NCBI GenBank assembly: GCA_016748015.1
Contig: JAAOMT010000379.1
Span: forward strand, 234,042-298,041
Length of the DNA stretch: 64,000 bases
Reading direction: 5' to 3'
Source of the DNA: Geosiphon pyriformis uo1
Lineage: Eukaryota; Fungi; Glomeromycota
Shown piece by piece: positions 22,751 through 35,494 of this stretch. The notes under the pieces are model-generated. The model was not told the origin of the DNA, made no database searches, and saw only the letters and a program-made list of their open reading frames with translations. Position 1 is the first letter of the stretch, and every line of letters starts with the position of its first letter. The translations under genes were made by a program, and so were the position numbers.

Positions 22751-23775
22751 ATTGACTTAAAGAAAAATGGGAGTAAGACAAATCTATTGTCTGGTTTTGT
22801 TGCAGCACGCCCATATAAGGAGAAATCAATGCTTTGTTTTATTTTTTAATTTTTTTGTTCATGAATCCAAAATAAGAAATTTGATGTTTTTAATTTGAAT
22901 ATTCTTTAAAGAAATTAACATTTTATATAAATTCATTTTAATTTATTAATACCATAAAAATTTCTTATTTTTAATATTAAAACTAATCAGCATTCTCAAT
23001 AATAATTTCAAACAGATTTACTATTATTATTTTCAAATACAATTGGGTTAATTATAATTAAAATATTCCGAAAAAAAAATCTAAAAAATATCGTATTTTA
23101 ATATGAGCTCAAAATTAACTAAATAAAACAAATTTATTATAAAATTATGGATTGTTTTATTGTTTGGTATATTTGTTATATTATTCGATAATAGGTTAGA
23201 AAGTTTGTGTTGTTAATTTAGAATCTTTGCTTATAATTGTAAACCATAAAATATATTCATAATATTCAATATTAAAAAATTGCAAAATTTAAAGCTTACT
23301 CAAATTGAAAAAAGTTGTATTTTGTATTTGTTAAATTTTAAATTTTATCAATAAAAAGTCTAAATTATTTAATTTACTAATGGCAAAAACTTTTTCAGTC
23401 AAAGTTATATGCGTAATAAAAATTTTTAAGACATTATAAGGATACACGTATTATGATTTTTTACCAAAAATTCTTGAAGATCAATTCATTGAAATACGCA
23501 GTTTTGATACGTAATATAGATTTGCTAATTGTTTATGTGAAGCACTCATGCACACATGGATATTAAACTTTGTTAAATCACTGCAGGAACTAAGAAATTG
23601 ATCATTTGACTCGGTAGGTAAAAACCTTTTTGATGTTATTCCTCATCTTATGAATGAGGTATTTAACTCATTAAATTTTCTGAAGCTGAAATCAAAGACA
23701 TGCGGAATATTATAAAAGATTAAAATATTTATTTTATTTTTGTGGGCTAACTGTTTCAGGAAAATTTTATAAAAA

Positions 23776-25257
23776 ATGGGCTCTAAAAATTATTTTTCCT
23801 TGCTACCACCCGAAACGAGCGGACAAATTTTCGAGGATCTAGATACGGGATCGATGTTCAATTGTTTATTAGTCGAACGTCAATGGTGTTGCGAAATAGT
23901 TCCATTGTTATGGAGTTCACCTCTTGGCGTAGGAAAGCCGAATAATGCTATCGGTACATTTGCCCAATGCTTTTCCCCGGAAGAATGGAATTGTCTTCGT
24001 GAAAAAAAAATTTTCAAGCCAAGAACATTACAGGTGGCTACTTTTGATTATCCTTCCTATCTAAGAGTTTTAAATGAAGAGTCACTATGGCTAGATGCTG
24101 CTATGTGGATGTTTCCCAAAGCCAAAGATCCTACTCGATTAACAAAGTTACAAAATCAAAAGCAAACTGCTTTATTTCAAGTTCTGCTCAAGCTTTTCTT
24201 CCGTCAATCGAAAGTCTTATCAAAGATCTCAATTGAACAGTCATTTGTGGGGGAAACCTCTTTTTGGATGGAAGTTCGTGCACCGGTCAAAGAAATCTTC
24301 AAAAATCTCACTCATTTTGAATCATCCACGTTTCAAGGCTTTCCTTATCTAATCGGTATCTTATCTGAAACATGTCGAAATATTCAGCATCTGTATTTCA
24401 AGAACGCTGATTTCAGATTTGGAGGTTATTACGTCTGTGGGACGATTCCAGATTTCAAACAAATTAGAGAACTTCATCAACTCATTAAACTCCAGAAACA
24501 GATCCTTTCATTTAGTATTGTTGAGAACATCGAAAATGGTAATGTTGACTTGTTGAATAATACTATTTCAACTATCAAAGGAACACTCCGATCACTCAGT
24601 ATTCGTGACATAAGACTTCCAACTCTAATTGAAAGATTATACCCAAATTTGGCGTCCTTTTCCAACCTTCGTTGTTTGGACTTGGAAGTTATTGCCTCTA
24701 CATTGGAATTAAATCTTAATCTGATTACAGCCGAATTTTCTTTGGAAAATTTGGAATGCTTACGTCTTTGTTCACTGCCCGCTGCAGTTTTCGAGCTTGT
24801 CTCTTCATTTTTTACTAGTGTAATTCGAGCTGCACAAAAAAGCTTGAAATTTTTGAGCTTGAGCAATGGGAACATTTCATGGGAAGAACTTAGTCTTGAT
24901 CTTACATTTCTAGAAATTGGGGATACAAATGAAACCAAGCTTTTGACTCTGCTAAAATGCCTTCCAAAACTTGAGAGGCTTTACATCCTAGGCTATGTCA
25001 GTCGAGGATCACAATTTGACACTCTTTGGCCATCCTTTCCCTCTTCTCTGCGTGTATTTCAAATCAAACATCGTTATACTCTTGGAATTTATAAACCGTT
25101 CTTCACTCTTAAGATATTGCAGAACTTCCTGACAAATTCGCCGAATCAATTTGAGCGGTTATATTTGGGTAACCCTTTTGCAGCCACTGAGAGAACCCTC
25201 TTGCAGTGGGATAATATAGAGTTATCATGCCATCAATACGGAATGCACGGTATTTAA
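23776..25257 (+). CDS. F-box / RNI-like leucine-rich-repeat protein (493 aa)
   Basis: N-terminal F-box-like LLPPETSGQIFEDLD...NCLLVERQWCCEIVPLLWSSP, the FDYPSYLRVL motif, and LxxLxL repeats. Confidence 0.88.
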   Translation: MGSKNYFSLLPPETSGQIFEDLDTGSMFNCLLVERQWCCEIVPLLWSSPLGVGKPNNAIGTFAQCFSPEEWNCLREKKIFKPRTLQVATFDYPSYLRVLNEESLWLDAAMWMFPKAKDPTRLTKLQNQKQTALFQVLLKLFFRQSKVLSKISIEQSFVGETSFWMEVRAPVKEIFKNLTHFESSTFQGFPYLIGILSETCRNIQHLYFKNADFRFGGYYVCGTIPDFKQIRELHQLIKLQKQILSFSIVENIENGNVDLLNNTISTIKGTLRSLSIRDIRLPTLIERLYPNLASFSNLRCLDLEVIASTLELNLNLITAEFSLENLECLRLCSLPAAVFELVSSFFTSVIRAAQKSLKFLSLSNGNISWEELSLDLTFLEIGDTNETKLLTLLKCLPKLERLYILGYVSRGSQFDTLWPSFPSSLRVFQIKHRYTLGIYKPFFTLKILQNFLTNSPNQFERLYLGNPFAATERTLLQWDNIELSCHQYGMHGI

Positions 25258-28200
25258 ATATGCTTACTGATATCTTGGATAAAAACCACTCTAAATCTTA
25301 ATTTTTCTACAGATATTTTGGATGATTACTTCCAAACGATCAAGCCTCAAAAAAAATTATTACAACATCAGTCGCGTTTTTCTTAATCCATGAAAGCCGC
25401 TAATACTTCTCACAAATTAAGGTTAGTTGTTGTTTAAAGGTATATAACGGGTTTATGGAAGGTTCACTTATTCAATGTTTACTCCCATTTTCAAACAAAA
25501 GAATTAGAAATCTTTTACAGTTGCTGAGAATATATGATGTTTCCCACGAATTATTACTCTTAAATCGCCAGTTTCTCGACTATGCATAATAAAATTATGT
25601 TTCAACTTATTTAGCTAAAAAATACTTATAAAAATCAAATTTGAAGGCCAAAACTTCTTTGTATTATTTCAGTAAATATTAAAAAGGAACAAAAAACTTG
25701 AAAGAAAACTTTATATATATATAATAACCTTGAAAAATACTTTTGAGAATATTGATAATAACTAAAATACAAATTCTTTGATAAATCTATTTACCCCATT
25801 TAATAATTGTGGCCTGAAATTATGAAAAAGCCCTCGATTTTAATCAAAAAAACTATCAAACATATAAAATAAAATTGAATTTGTTTAATTTTTATACAGA
25901 ATTTTTATTAATTGTATTATACATCTTCAAATTTTTTATTGATAAAAATTAATTAATAAAGACCTAATTTATTCTTTTAAATTTATAAAATAACTATATA
26001 ATTTATTCTATAATTGTACTATTTAAAAAATAAAAAATCCGAAGTTGATTGATATTGTACAATTATAAGCTAAAATTTTTGTATATAAAATAATTGTTTG
26101 ATCTGAATAAAAATATTTCAGATAATTTTTTATCAATTTTAATTACCTTTGCAAAAAGATTTATAAATCCAAATATAATAGCAAAGAAATTGAAATAAAC
26201 TAAAATAAACAAATTAATTTTGTAAAAAATAAAATCAAGAAAATTAGTTATTAAATTAAATGTTCAGTCAAAAATAATTTAATATTTCTTGGTTGATTTC
26301 CCAGTACTAACTTTTTATGTACAATTAAAAAAACTGAGATATTTTTTTTTCAAAGTTTATTTCAAATGTTAAGAATATTAAACAATTGTAAAAATCGGAA
26401 ATTTATTTTAAAAGCTTCCAAATTTTGACTTGATTGCTTTTTCAATTTAACTCCATTGTTTTTAAATTTTTATTTTTAGACTAAACAAAAAAGATTTTTT
26501 ATTTTAAATTGAGTTATTTTAAATTTGCTTAACAATTATTTATTATGATCATATTTCTAACATTAAATAAATAATTTTTATATTTTTCCAATAATAAAAA
26601 TTTAGAGTGGTAATTAGAAATACCATAAGAATTAAGACCTTTAAGATTATATAAATTAATTTTTAAATAATTTTTTTTTAATATAATCAGTATTACAGCA
26701 ATAAAAAAATTTCAAACTTTGAAAGTAATTTTTAATTTAAATCATTAAAATTGATATAAAATTTGAAAAAGAAAATATAACAAAAATAAATATTTAAATA
26801 TAAAATATGCGAATAACTCATTAAATTTTATTAGATGTTTTCAAAATTCAAAATAAATAAAAGAATCATTTATATATTGTTAATCTATAAAAATAAAATA
26901 ATTGTCAAATTAAAAAATTACTAAAAATTATTTTTATAAAACATACATCAAGTTAAAAATTTATAATTTAAAAAATGAAAAAACAAATTAAACTTAACTA
27001 AAAAATATCTCAATATTCTTTTATTATATTATCAAACTAGTATTAAATAAAAACCAATTATTCAGAATTTTTATTTTTTTACCAGTTTTTACTAAAACAA
27101 CAAATTTGCAACTTTATAAAAGGGTTTTCAAGATATTATATAAAATTTGAAATAAAAGCATATAATATTCTAATTTATAACAATAAATAGTCTAAGTGTG
27201 AACTTTTAAAAGTTGAAAAATTTATAATTGCCCTCAAAGTCAATTTTTGGCCTGGCTTCCAAGTCAAACCTATGTTATAAGAATTTAGAGGGAAAAAAGG
27301 AATAAGATAATCATTTTTGTTCATATATAATTTCAAAAATGTTATTTAGTATTTCTTTCGAATTTTCAATTTCAATTTTCATGGAAAAAAATTGTTAAAA
27401 TAATGGAAGCGTTCCAAAAAAATATTATTGGCGCTTAATTTAAAGATTCCTTGCTTCCTAAAGTTCTAATAATCTTTTTTTGGTAGTTTAAATCTTTTAA
27501 ATAGGTGGGCTGGCTGGAATGAAGAAATCCCATCATGATTACGTTGATAGACAAGATTCGATTCATCTATGAAACCAAGTCTTCTTCAAGGGTTCACATG
27601 AATATTTTTGGTCAAAAATTTCGAGTAAATTTCCGAAAATCATTTCGAGCTTTGTGTTTTGTTTTTGGAATGTTTGTGTTTCTTTTGACCTTTCGAATAT
27701 GATAAATATTTGGATTCAATGATCCTTTTGTTTTTTCAAAAAAGCAAATCACAAGATGATTGTTATGCTTGAAAATTTCAGTTCGATGGTGATTAAGAAG
27801 TTTTGAGTTGTTTGAAAACACGGCGCTTGTCCGATAGATAGAATCTTCAAAGTCAAATTTACTGTTAAAGCTGTAATCTTCAAAAATATTCAATCGTAAC
27901 TTAAATTATTTCGGGCCAAATTTATTTAAGGTGAGAATTAAGCTCCTCACAGATTCTGCCTAATTTTTTAAAATAAAAATTTCTGTAAAAAGATTATGTT
28001 GCACGCAGATTACTTCACATCTAAAATAGGAGGTTTAAAAACAATGCATATGTGATTTAAAGATGCTCTTTTCCGTTTTCTAGCTAGTAGCATAAGCTTA
28101 TGGGGTCAAAAGACTGGCATTTTAACTTCTTTTGAGCAATACCTTTTTTATTAGTTTATTTGTGGATAATCCGGTGATAAGATTGGTTTTTTTCACCTCA

Positions 28201-28557
28201 ACATCCATAATAACCTGTAACTCCGATATAAATGGTAACCCTAAAAGCTATTAGATCCCTAAAGTGAGCTTCTGATTGTTTGAGAGAGCGATTCCGGGCT
28301 GAAATGTGATTTGCCAAACTTTGGATCATCTAACTCTGAAACTATGATCAAACTTCAGTCTTTTGAAACATATAAACAGTAAGATAAAATCGTGTTTTTT
28401 ATTTTGATAAAATGAGATTTGGGACCCAGCCTCAATTCAAGTAGAATCAGCTGGCATCATAAATACAAATGAAATTGGACAAATTTTTCAAAGGGATTAA
28501 CCTTCCTATTGACGAGTTTAACACTTCCGCAAACTATCGCTAATTTCGAATTAATCA

Positions 28558-30456
28558 ATGTCCTCTTCGGTTCAACTACCACACGACTGCCTTGTGGAGA
28601 TTTTTGATAATTTTAAACACAACCGCAGCCAGTTACATTCTTGCCTTCGAGTAAATCGTCAATGGTGTCGTATCGTCGTAGAATATTTGTGGTGCCGCCC
28701 TTTTCAATTTTTTGATAATGTTGTCAATAATCAAAATTTATCTATAGCGAAACACGTTGAAAAGGTGAATAAAGGGAGAAGTATTAGAATCTTAGAAACT
28801 TATTTTTCTTGTCTCAGTGAACAAGAAATTTTGCACTATCAACTGCCAATCGAAAGCTCTGAGAAGCGACCGGTTTTTGATTATTGGAGCTATTTAAAAA
28901 ATCTTGATCTTGCCGAGACACAAAAAGCTGTAGAGAATTGGATTTTATTTAGGAAGGCAAAGGATGCTAGATTGATTTCATTGAGATGTAATCAAGAGAT
29001 GATAAGTGTTCAGATTCAGCCAGCCAAACAGCCAGCATCAAAAAACGAGAAATTAAATTTCCGAAAAAGAATTTCCAGAATTTTCTCGAGATCGAATAAA
29101 CTTAAACGGAAGGAACGTAAAATCGATTCAGCTGGATCTGCATCAAATTCCAATCTTGTGAAAGATAAATACGCTCATATACCTGCAGCGTTATATCAAA
29201 TTTTTCTTTCTCGTTGTCCAGAGGTTAAATACCTATCTATTAATTGTGGCTATCATTTTGATCCCAAACGAAGAAATACTTTTTCAACCGAATTGATTCC
29301 AGATAATAAAGGCTTTTTTGACATAATCCCAATGGATGTATTCAACTTGGCTAGTTACCCAAATGCCCAAACCACGATATCAACCCTTGTTGAATTCGTT
29401 TGTTCTTCGACACATCGAAAGACAAAACTCTTTTTAAAACTTTCGTCTACTTGTCAAAACCTTCAAAGATTGGCCGTCTATATTAAGCAAGAGTTGACTG
29501 GTATAACACTTGTACAAGATTTTTTGGAAATAAAGCAAGAATTTCAAAGTCTCACGAAGCTTATTCGATCTCAAAAGAATCTACGTGACTTTGAACTTTG
29601 GTGTCAAGAAGATTCTTTACTTTCTTTAAAAGCTATTAATGGATTTTTGGGACCATCGGGAATTCAATTTCATCACTGGTTACAATGGGAACAATCAAAG
29701 AGCATGATACAGGCTCTATGTACCCAAATTAATTCCCTGGAAAGCGTGACATTTCATGGTTTAAATATGAAACATTGGCATGACGTAGCAGACCTAAGTG
29801 GCCTAAAAAATGTTCGTCAATTAAAATTCGATCAACTCGCATCTGTCGGGCAAAACTTGAGTCGCCTTTCTCTGGCAAATTTACCAAATCTTTATTCTTT
29901 AGCTTTTACCGATTTGGACATTTCGCAAAAAGAAATTAAACAAATAGTTAAAGGTCATTCTCAAAGCCTCACCTCACTTGATCTTCGAATGAGCCAACGT
30001 GCCTACGGTTCTAATCTATTGAACAGCACAAATCCGTCCCCCGTACTCCGGGATCTTCCTACAATTTGTCCTAATTTAACCCATTTTCGATGCTACTTTG
30101 TTTGGTTACAACAACTGGATCCAATGTATAACTGGTTGCATTCATGTCTTTCATTGCAGAGTATAACTGTTGATACACCACAACAACCAGGGCAAGTTTT
30201 GAACATTAATCATTTCCTTCGACGATTAGGATCGTCACCACTCCCTAGTTTACGGCATTTTGAAGTTAATTTCTGCTGCAAGTTTTCATGGCAAGCCTTA
30301 TCAAGATTTTTAACTGGATCTGAGGCACCGTTGGCAACGGTGATTTTTCGGGTAGTAGAAGACATTGAAGATGAACATCTTGATACTATTGTTAAAAGTT
30401 TGAAAGGAACTTTGAAAACCTTGATTCTTAATGATAATGATATTAAAAGATTTTGA
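28558..30456 (+). CDS. F-box / RNI-like leucine-rich-repeat protein (632 aa)
   Basis: QLPHDCLVEIF...LHSCLRVNRQWCRIVVEYLWCRPF, FDYWSYLKNLDL, and C-terminal LRRs (CPNLTHF, LPSLRHF). Confidence 0.9.
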   Translation: MSSSVQLPHDCLVEIFDNFKHNRSQLHSCLRVNRQWCRIVVEYLWCRPFQFFDNVVNNQNLSIAKHVEKVNKGRSIRILETYFSCLSEQEILHYQLPIESSEKRPVFDYWSYLKNLDLAETQKAVENWILFRKAKDARLISLRCNQEMISVQIQPAKQPASKNEKLNFRKRISRIFSRSNKLKRKERKIDSAGSASNSNLVKDKYAHIPAALYQIFLSRCPEVKYLSINCGYHFDPKRRNTFSTELIPDNKGFFDIIPMDVFNLASYPNAQTTISTLVEFVCSSTHRKTKLFLKLSSTCQNLQRLAVYIKQELTGITLVQDFLEIKQEFQSLTKLIRSQKNLRDFELWCQEDSLLSLKAINGFLGPSGIQFHHWLQWEQSKSMIQALCTQINSLESVTFHGLNMKHWHDVADLSGLKNVRQLKFDQLASVGQNLSRLSLANLPNLYSLAFTDLDISQKEIKQIVKGHSQSLTSLDLRMSQRAYGSNLLNSTNPSPVLRDLPTICPNLTHFRCYFVWLQQLDPMYNWLHSCLSLQSITVDTPQQPGQVLNINHFLRRLGSSPLPSLRHFEVNFCCKFSWQALSRFLTGSEAPLATVIFRVVEDIEDEHLDTIVKSLKGTLKTLILNDNDIKRF

Positions 30457-32514
30457 TAATTAATTTGTGCATTACCAATTCCGTCAATTAATGTCCAGTT
30501 AAATATTTAATAATTAAATTTAAATTTCAAAATTTTTGAACTGGGTTCAATTGTATTATATTCAAAAATTTAGAGAATCAGATTATAAAAACTTTGGGTA
30601 AATTTTATTGGTGGATTTCAGTTTTAGCCAACCAAATAAAGTTTAACTTTCATCTTCTACCTTTTTCACATGAAAATTTTCATAATATTAAAGTTCTACA
30701 TGAAAAAATGTTTTATTAATCACATGGTAAACTTGAAGCATAATATATAATAAAGTAGTGATTATTTTTGATTGGAGATTATCTTACAAAACAGTCAATC
30801 TACTTTTTTTTTTTAACAGATAAATATTTTGAATTAATAGTATTATGATATTACTATCAGCATATCTTAATTAAACTGATATAGCCTAATATACTAGTAA
30901 TAATAACCAAGATAACATAAATTAATAATAATAATACATAGTTATTTAAACTAATAAAATTGTCTAAAAACTTTTTTTAAAAAATATGAATTATTAATTG
31001 GTAATTAATATAATAAAATTCCTAAAAAAGGCCATATTTTAATGAAACTTTAAGATTACAAATGATAATCAAGAGGAATAAGAAGAAAAAATGGTTGCTA
31101 TAACGATTACAGATAAAAAATCTACAACAACACAATAATAAAGACCATAAAATTTTGGGCAATAAAAAATTTGATTTAATAAGTAGAAAAGTTGTATTAT
31201 TAAGATATGCATAAATTTGAATATAATCAAAAAAAGAATTGGTATAATTTTGTCATAAAACCTTTGATTTGTACTTTCTTGTAATTATTCATTTCTGATC
31301 TCTTTAATCACTTGAAATAGTGGTTTATCTGTTTTAAAAGCTTAAAATTTTTTCTTGAAATTGTAGAACTGTAAAACCTTTTAGCTTATATTTGAAGAGA
31401 AATTTAATGATTTTTTTTTAGGGTTTAATCCTGTGTGTAATTTATGTTGAAAAAGTAATTCCAAGCTTTATCATCCTTATATTTAATCGATATTTGCTCG
31501 TTAAACCGTTCTGAGACAGAAGTGGAAATAAAGAATTCCAAAATAATTGAGTTTTCGATATATTTGAAACTAAAATCTTTGACTTGAAAATTACTAAAAA
31601 TTTTCGGTTTCTTGGTTACATCTCAACTAAATATTTGCTTTTTGGAAATTTAGATTTAAAGAATACAAAAATTAAGAAGAATGGTCTTTAAAAATATTTA
31701 CTATCAAAAAAAATTTATTCAAAATTCTCTGTTTGAATTTTGAAGAAAACATATCGTCGTCCTTGAACTATACGCAGAAATAAAGAAATAATCTTGGATT
31801 CGTGAATTTTATGAATTATTTTATTTCTTTGATTTATTTAGCATCTTTGTCATCTGGAATTTGTAGGTTGATAATGCAAAAATATTAAACTATGAATTTT
31901 TAACATATTACAATTAGCTTTTATTCAATTAATAATTTTTTTGAAAACAGAAACCCAAACTTTTTAAACATAAATATTTCTTATCCAAGTATATCCGCTT
32001 AAAGCTTAGAAGTCCCTTAGAAATTTTGAGGAATACAATAGCAAAAATATTTACAAAGTATTTAGGAGTTGAGAAAAATTCCCATATGTCAGTTCGTGTA
32101 AAGAAAGCGAACAAATTTGCTCTCTATATTTAATACGAAATCAAAAATCGCTAGTTTTTGAGAAATCTGATTCCCAATAATCTAATTGCCTCTTTCTGAC
32201 AACTCTTATGCTTTGTGACATTTCATTAAATCCCTATAATTGTTCGGGTACGAATTGAATATTCGAAAAATCATTCATCTTTAGTAGGGAGCTGTATAAT
32301 AAGTTATCGGTCAAAGTTTAAAGTTTACAAATTCGTGGCTTCTTTGACCCAAAGATTAGATTCATCTTTATTCAATTATTTTTAATTTTGATTTGATGGA
32401 GTTAAATGCAGAAATATAATATTATTTGAGAGATAAAGTATCATAATTGATATTTAGAAAAATTGAAAAATTCGACTCTCCACTAAAATCTTTACATCTA
32501 ATTTATGTTGGACG

Positions 32515-34819
32515 CTAATTATTAAAAATTAGAAGAAGATTCCTAAATTCTTCAATAATCCGCGTTTTTTCAATGGTGAAAGTTTCATCAACAGCAGCTG
32601 CTATGCTTTTCGGATCTCGCAACTGTTCAATATTCTCTAAAAAAAATTTTACCACTTGAAAATTTCGCCGATTAACTGCATATGCAAGCGCATTTTTTCC
32701 CAAATGTAATTCCGTGGGACTAGCACCATTATCTATCAATAGCTGCAGAATCTCAACTGGCCAACCTCGATAAATCGCAAGAAATAACGAATTTGGAAAA
32801 CTTTTTGATGAAGTCTTGTGTGGTGGATTTGTTGGCAAATTAGGATATGCGTCTTTCTCGAGTAAGAGCTTAACAATTTTAACGTTTTTTTTGTTGAATA
32901 ATTTGTTGGTTTGCTTATACTCGAAATTCAGGACTCGTTGTAGTACTGTAAATCCAGTTTCGTCCGCTAACTCAAGATCCGGATTAAATTTTAAAAATAC
33001 TTTCACCGCTTCCGGCTGGTGCTGATTGACCAGCCAAGAAATTGCTGTTCGACCCTGGTTGTTTTTAATATTAATTTTTACTCCATGAGCGATTAACCAT
33101 TTTATCAGATTTGAAAAATCATCTGTTGATTTAGCCAGTTCAACTTGAGTTTTTTCGGCTGAAAAACTTTCCAGAATAGCCTTGTTTTCCATGACCCAAT
33201 GCAATGCAGTATTTCCACGCTCGTCCAATTGCGTTTGAATATTCATCCCAAAAGATATCAAAACCTCAAAAATTGGGATAATATCTTGTGGAGGACAGTT
33301 TTGTGCGGCAACCAGGAAAAGTGAGTTTTCGAATTGCTTCAGGTCTTTCTCTTCATTTAAATGCCATCGCAGGCCTGGTTGATCACCGAGCGATGCATGA
33401 TATGTTGGAGAACATGTTGAGGGAACAGAACTTTTCCGAAATATCTGTTTATACTTTATGCAGATATTTTTACATTTATCCGGTTCAAAAAGATTTCCAG
33501 TCTAAATTTAAGGAGATTTAGTGCGAAGTTTCTAAAAATTTAAAATCCCAATCTGAAGTTTTTTTGCATACCAGTTCTGTGCTAATTATATTCGGTCTTA
33601 AAAAGCCATTTGAGATTTGAATTGTATGATTCGGATCTTGGTGTAAATCTGGAGCTGGATGAATTTTCACTTCAGGGATAAAACAAATTTCATTCAATTT
33701 ATTCATCACTTCAGGGATAAAAAAAATTTCATTCAATTTATTCATCACTTCACGAATAGTTGGCCTCTTATTAGGGTCTTGTTGCCAACAACTTTGGTAT
33801 AAATGAGTATATTTCGCTGGTGTAAGAGGGACTGGCTCTTCTCGTTTTCCATTTTTAACAGCATTGCTAACATAATGCGCATTTTCATTCATAAAAGGTG
33901 GCTTTCCGCTAGATATTTCCCAAAGGAGAACACCATAGGCATAAATATCTGAAGGTTCCTTCCGTATAAATTTTTCATCTTCAAGATATTTTGGATCGGT
34001 GTATGCTGCAATTCCACCTTGCATTGAATTGGACATTATATCATCTAATGACTGTCCAAGACCGTAATCAGCTATTTTCATATGCCCATGGTGGACTAAA
34101 ACATTTTTTGAATGCTTTGAGAAAAAAGGAGAAATCATTGTATAGAATAACAATAAAAAATGCTCACATTTAGATAATTTACTTACAAGATCTCTATGCC
34201 ATATATTGTGATGATGAATACAGTACAGTCCGGAAGCGATCTCTTTGGCAATATTTATTCGTTGGTCCCAAGTTATTGAGCGATTATTCGCTAAATATCT
34301 TCTTAGGGTGCCATCATTCGCATATTCCATAATAAGGTAATATCTATCTGTGTCTGATCTTTTATCTTAAGATAGTGATTGATAAATTTACCAATCACCA
34401 AATTTTTAAATGAATTCATCAAAACTGGGACTAAATTGAAAGCCCACATACCATGGCTAATGCCAAAAAATCGTATAATGTTTTTATTATGATCCACCGA
34501 ATGCATATGTTGAAGCTTCAAACCATAAAGAAATTTGGTGTTAAAACCATGTTTGATGAAATCGATTGGTAAGTATTTAACGAACCTCCCGGACAAATGC
34601 CTTCCAACCATTATTATTATTGGAGTGTAGTTCCTCGTTTATGTACTTTAAAGCCACATTGCGCTGTGCGCTAGGCCAAAACCCTTTGAAAACCTGGCCG
34701 TACCCTCCTCCATCAACAAACTGAACTTGTTCAAAATCGGTATAAGGAATTGATTTTATATAACCATTTTTAGTGGCAATATCAAGCCATTCTTTACTTT
34801 TACTTTTAGAAGGTTCCAT
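32515..34819 (-). CDS. Tyrosine-kinase-like protein kinase fused to C-terminal ankyrin repeats, multi-exon
   Basis: GGGYGQV, VALK, HRDL|HSKNVLV, IADYGL, AYTDP, SDIYAYGVLLWEISSGKPPF, CWQQDPNKRPT. A phase-0 intron (gtatgc...tttag, about 33503-33570) joins the kinase in frame to ankyrin repeats (GNTALHW, GRTAISW, GFTVLQR, GKNALAYA). Confidence 0.88.
33668..33752 (-). repeat. In-frame 39-bp tandem duplication at the end of the kinase domain
   Basis: EVMNKLNEIFFIP EVMNKLNEICFIP; the DNA copies differ at one base. Confidence 0.9.
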
Positions 34820-35494
34820 TAGGGAGAAAGTAGAAAATTACAGTTCTAATGGTTATTAGAACTTTTTTATGATAAATGGTAAAGGCAAGTGTAACAATTA
34901 TTGCATATGATCTTATCACATGATAAAAATTACTTTGAGGTGATTTTGGAATATTCTATGAAAATCATAATAACTGACACAAATTTCTGCCGTAACATCT
35001 ATTGAATTTACCAATTTTATTTTTTCATTTAACCATTTTTTATCAAGATTAACAAGCAGATGCTTAAAGGATACCATTATTTCTTATCCTATTATGTTGC
35101 TTGCTTTTTTTTATTATTACAAATATGATATCTTAATTTAGATTAAACTGGTATTTCGAAACACTCATACAATATTCCTTTTATATTATTATATACCTTT
35201 TAAGTTTTATATTTTGGTTTACTATGAACAGTATCATAAATACCAAAATTAGGGTATTAAAAAGTGAGGTTGTACCCGGATGCAATAAGATTGTGAATAA
35301 AATAAACATTTACCAAATTATTGTATTACCAAGAATTTATATATTTCTTTTCTGATACCTCTTGTTAAGTTGAAAAATTAAGAATTTTCAATATTTTTAA
35401 ACGTTTTTGAAAGATATATATATTTAGATTCCAATTTCTCGGAAAGAAATTTAATGCTAATTGTTTGGCGTCTACTTTTCAAAAGTGTACGAAA

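Larger units (their letters stand above)
18608..22813. mobile_element. 4.2-kb TIR-bounded non-autonomous element carrying bacterial-type cargo
   Basis: Left TGGGCATGCTGCAACAAAACCAGATAA (18608-18634) and right reverse complement TGGGCGTGCTGCAACAAAACCAGACAA (22787-22813) match 25/27. Both ends are flanked by tata (TA/TATA TSD; alternatively ATAT if the termini are GGGC). No transposase recognised inside. Confidence 0.85.

Noticed and set aside
14204-22813. Functional link between D-amino-acid oxidase and the adjacent bacterial cassette
   Set aside because: DAO is an intron-rich native fungal gene with a PTS1-like end; proximity alone is not evidence.
23708-23718. TATA-box-like TATATAAAA upstream of the F-box gene (similar ones near other genes)
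   Set aside because: Uninformative in DNA this AT-rich.
24477-24938. 153-aa minus-strand ORF and other short ORFs overlapping real genes or lying in AT-rich spacers
   Set aside because: Antisense shadows or chance ORFs, often with non-ATG starts and no domain signal.
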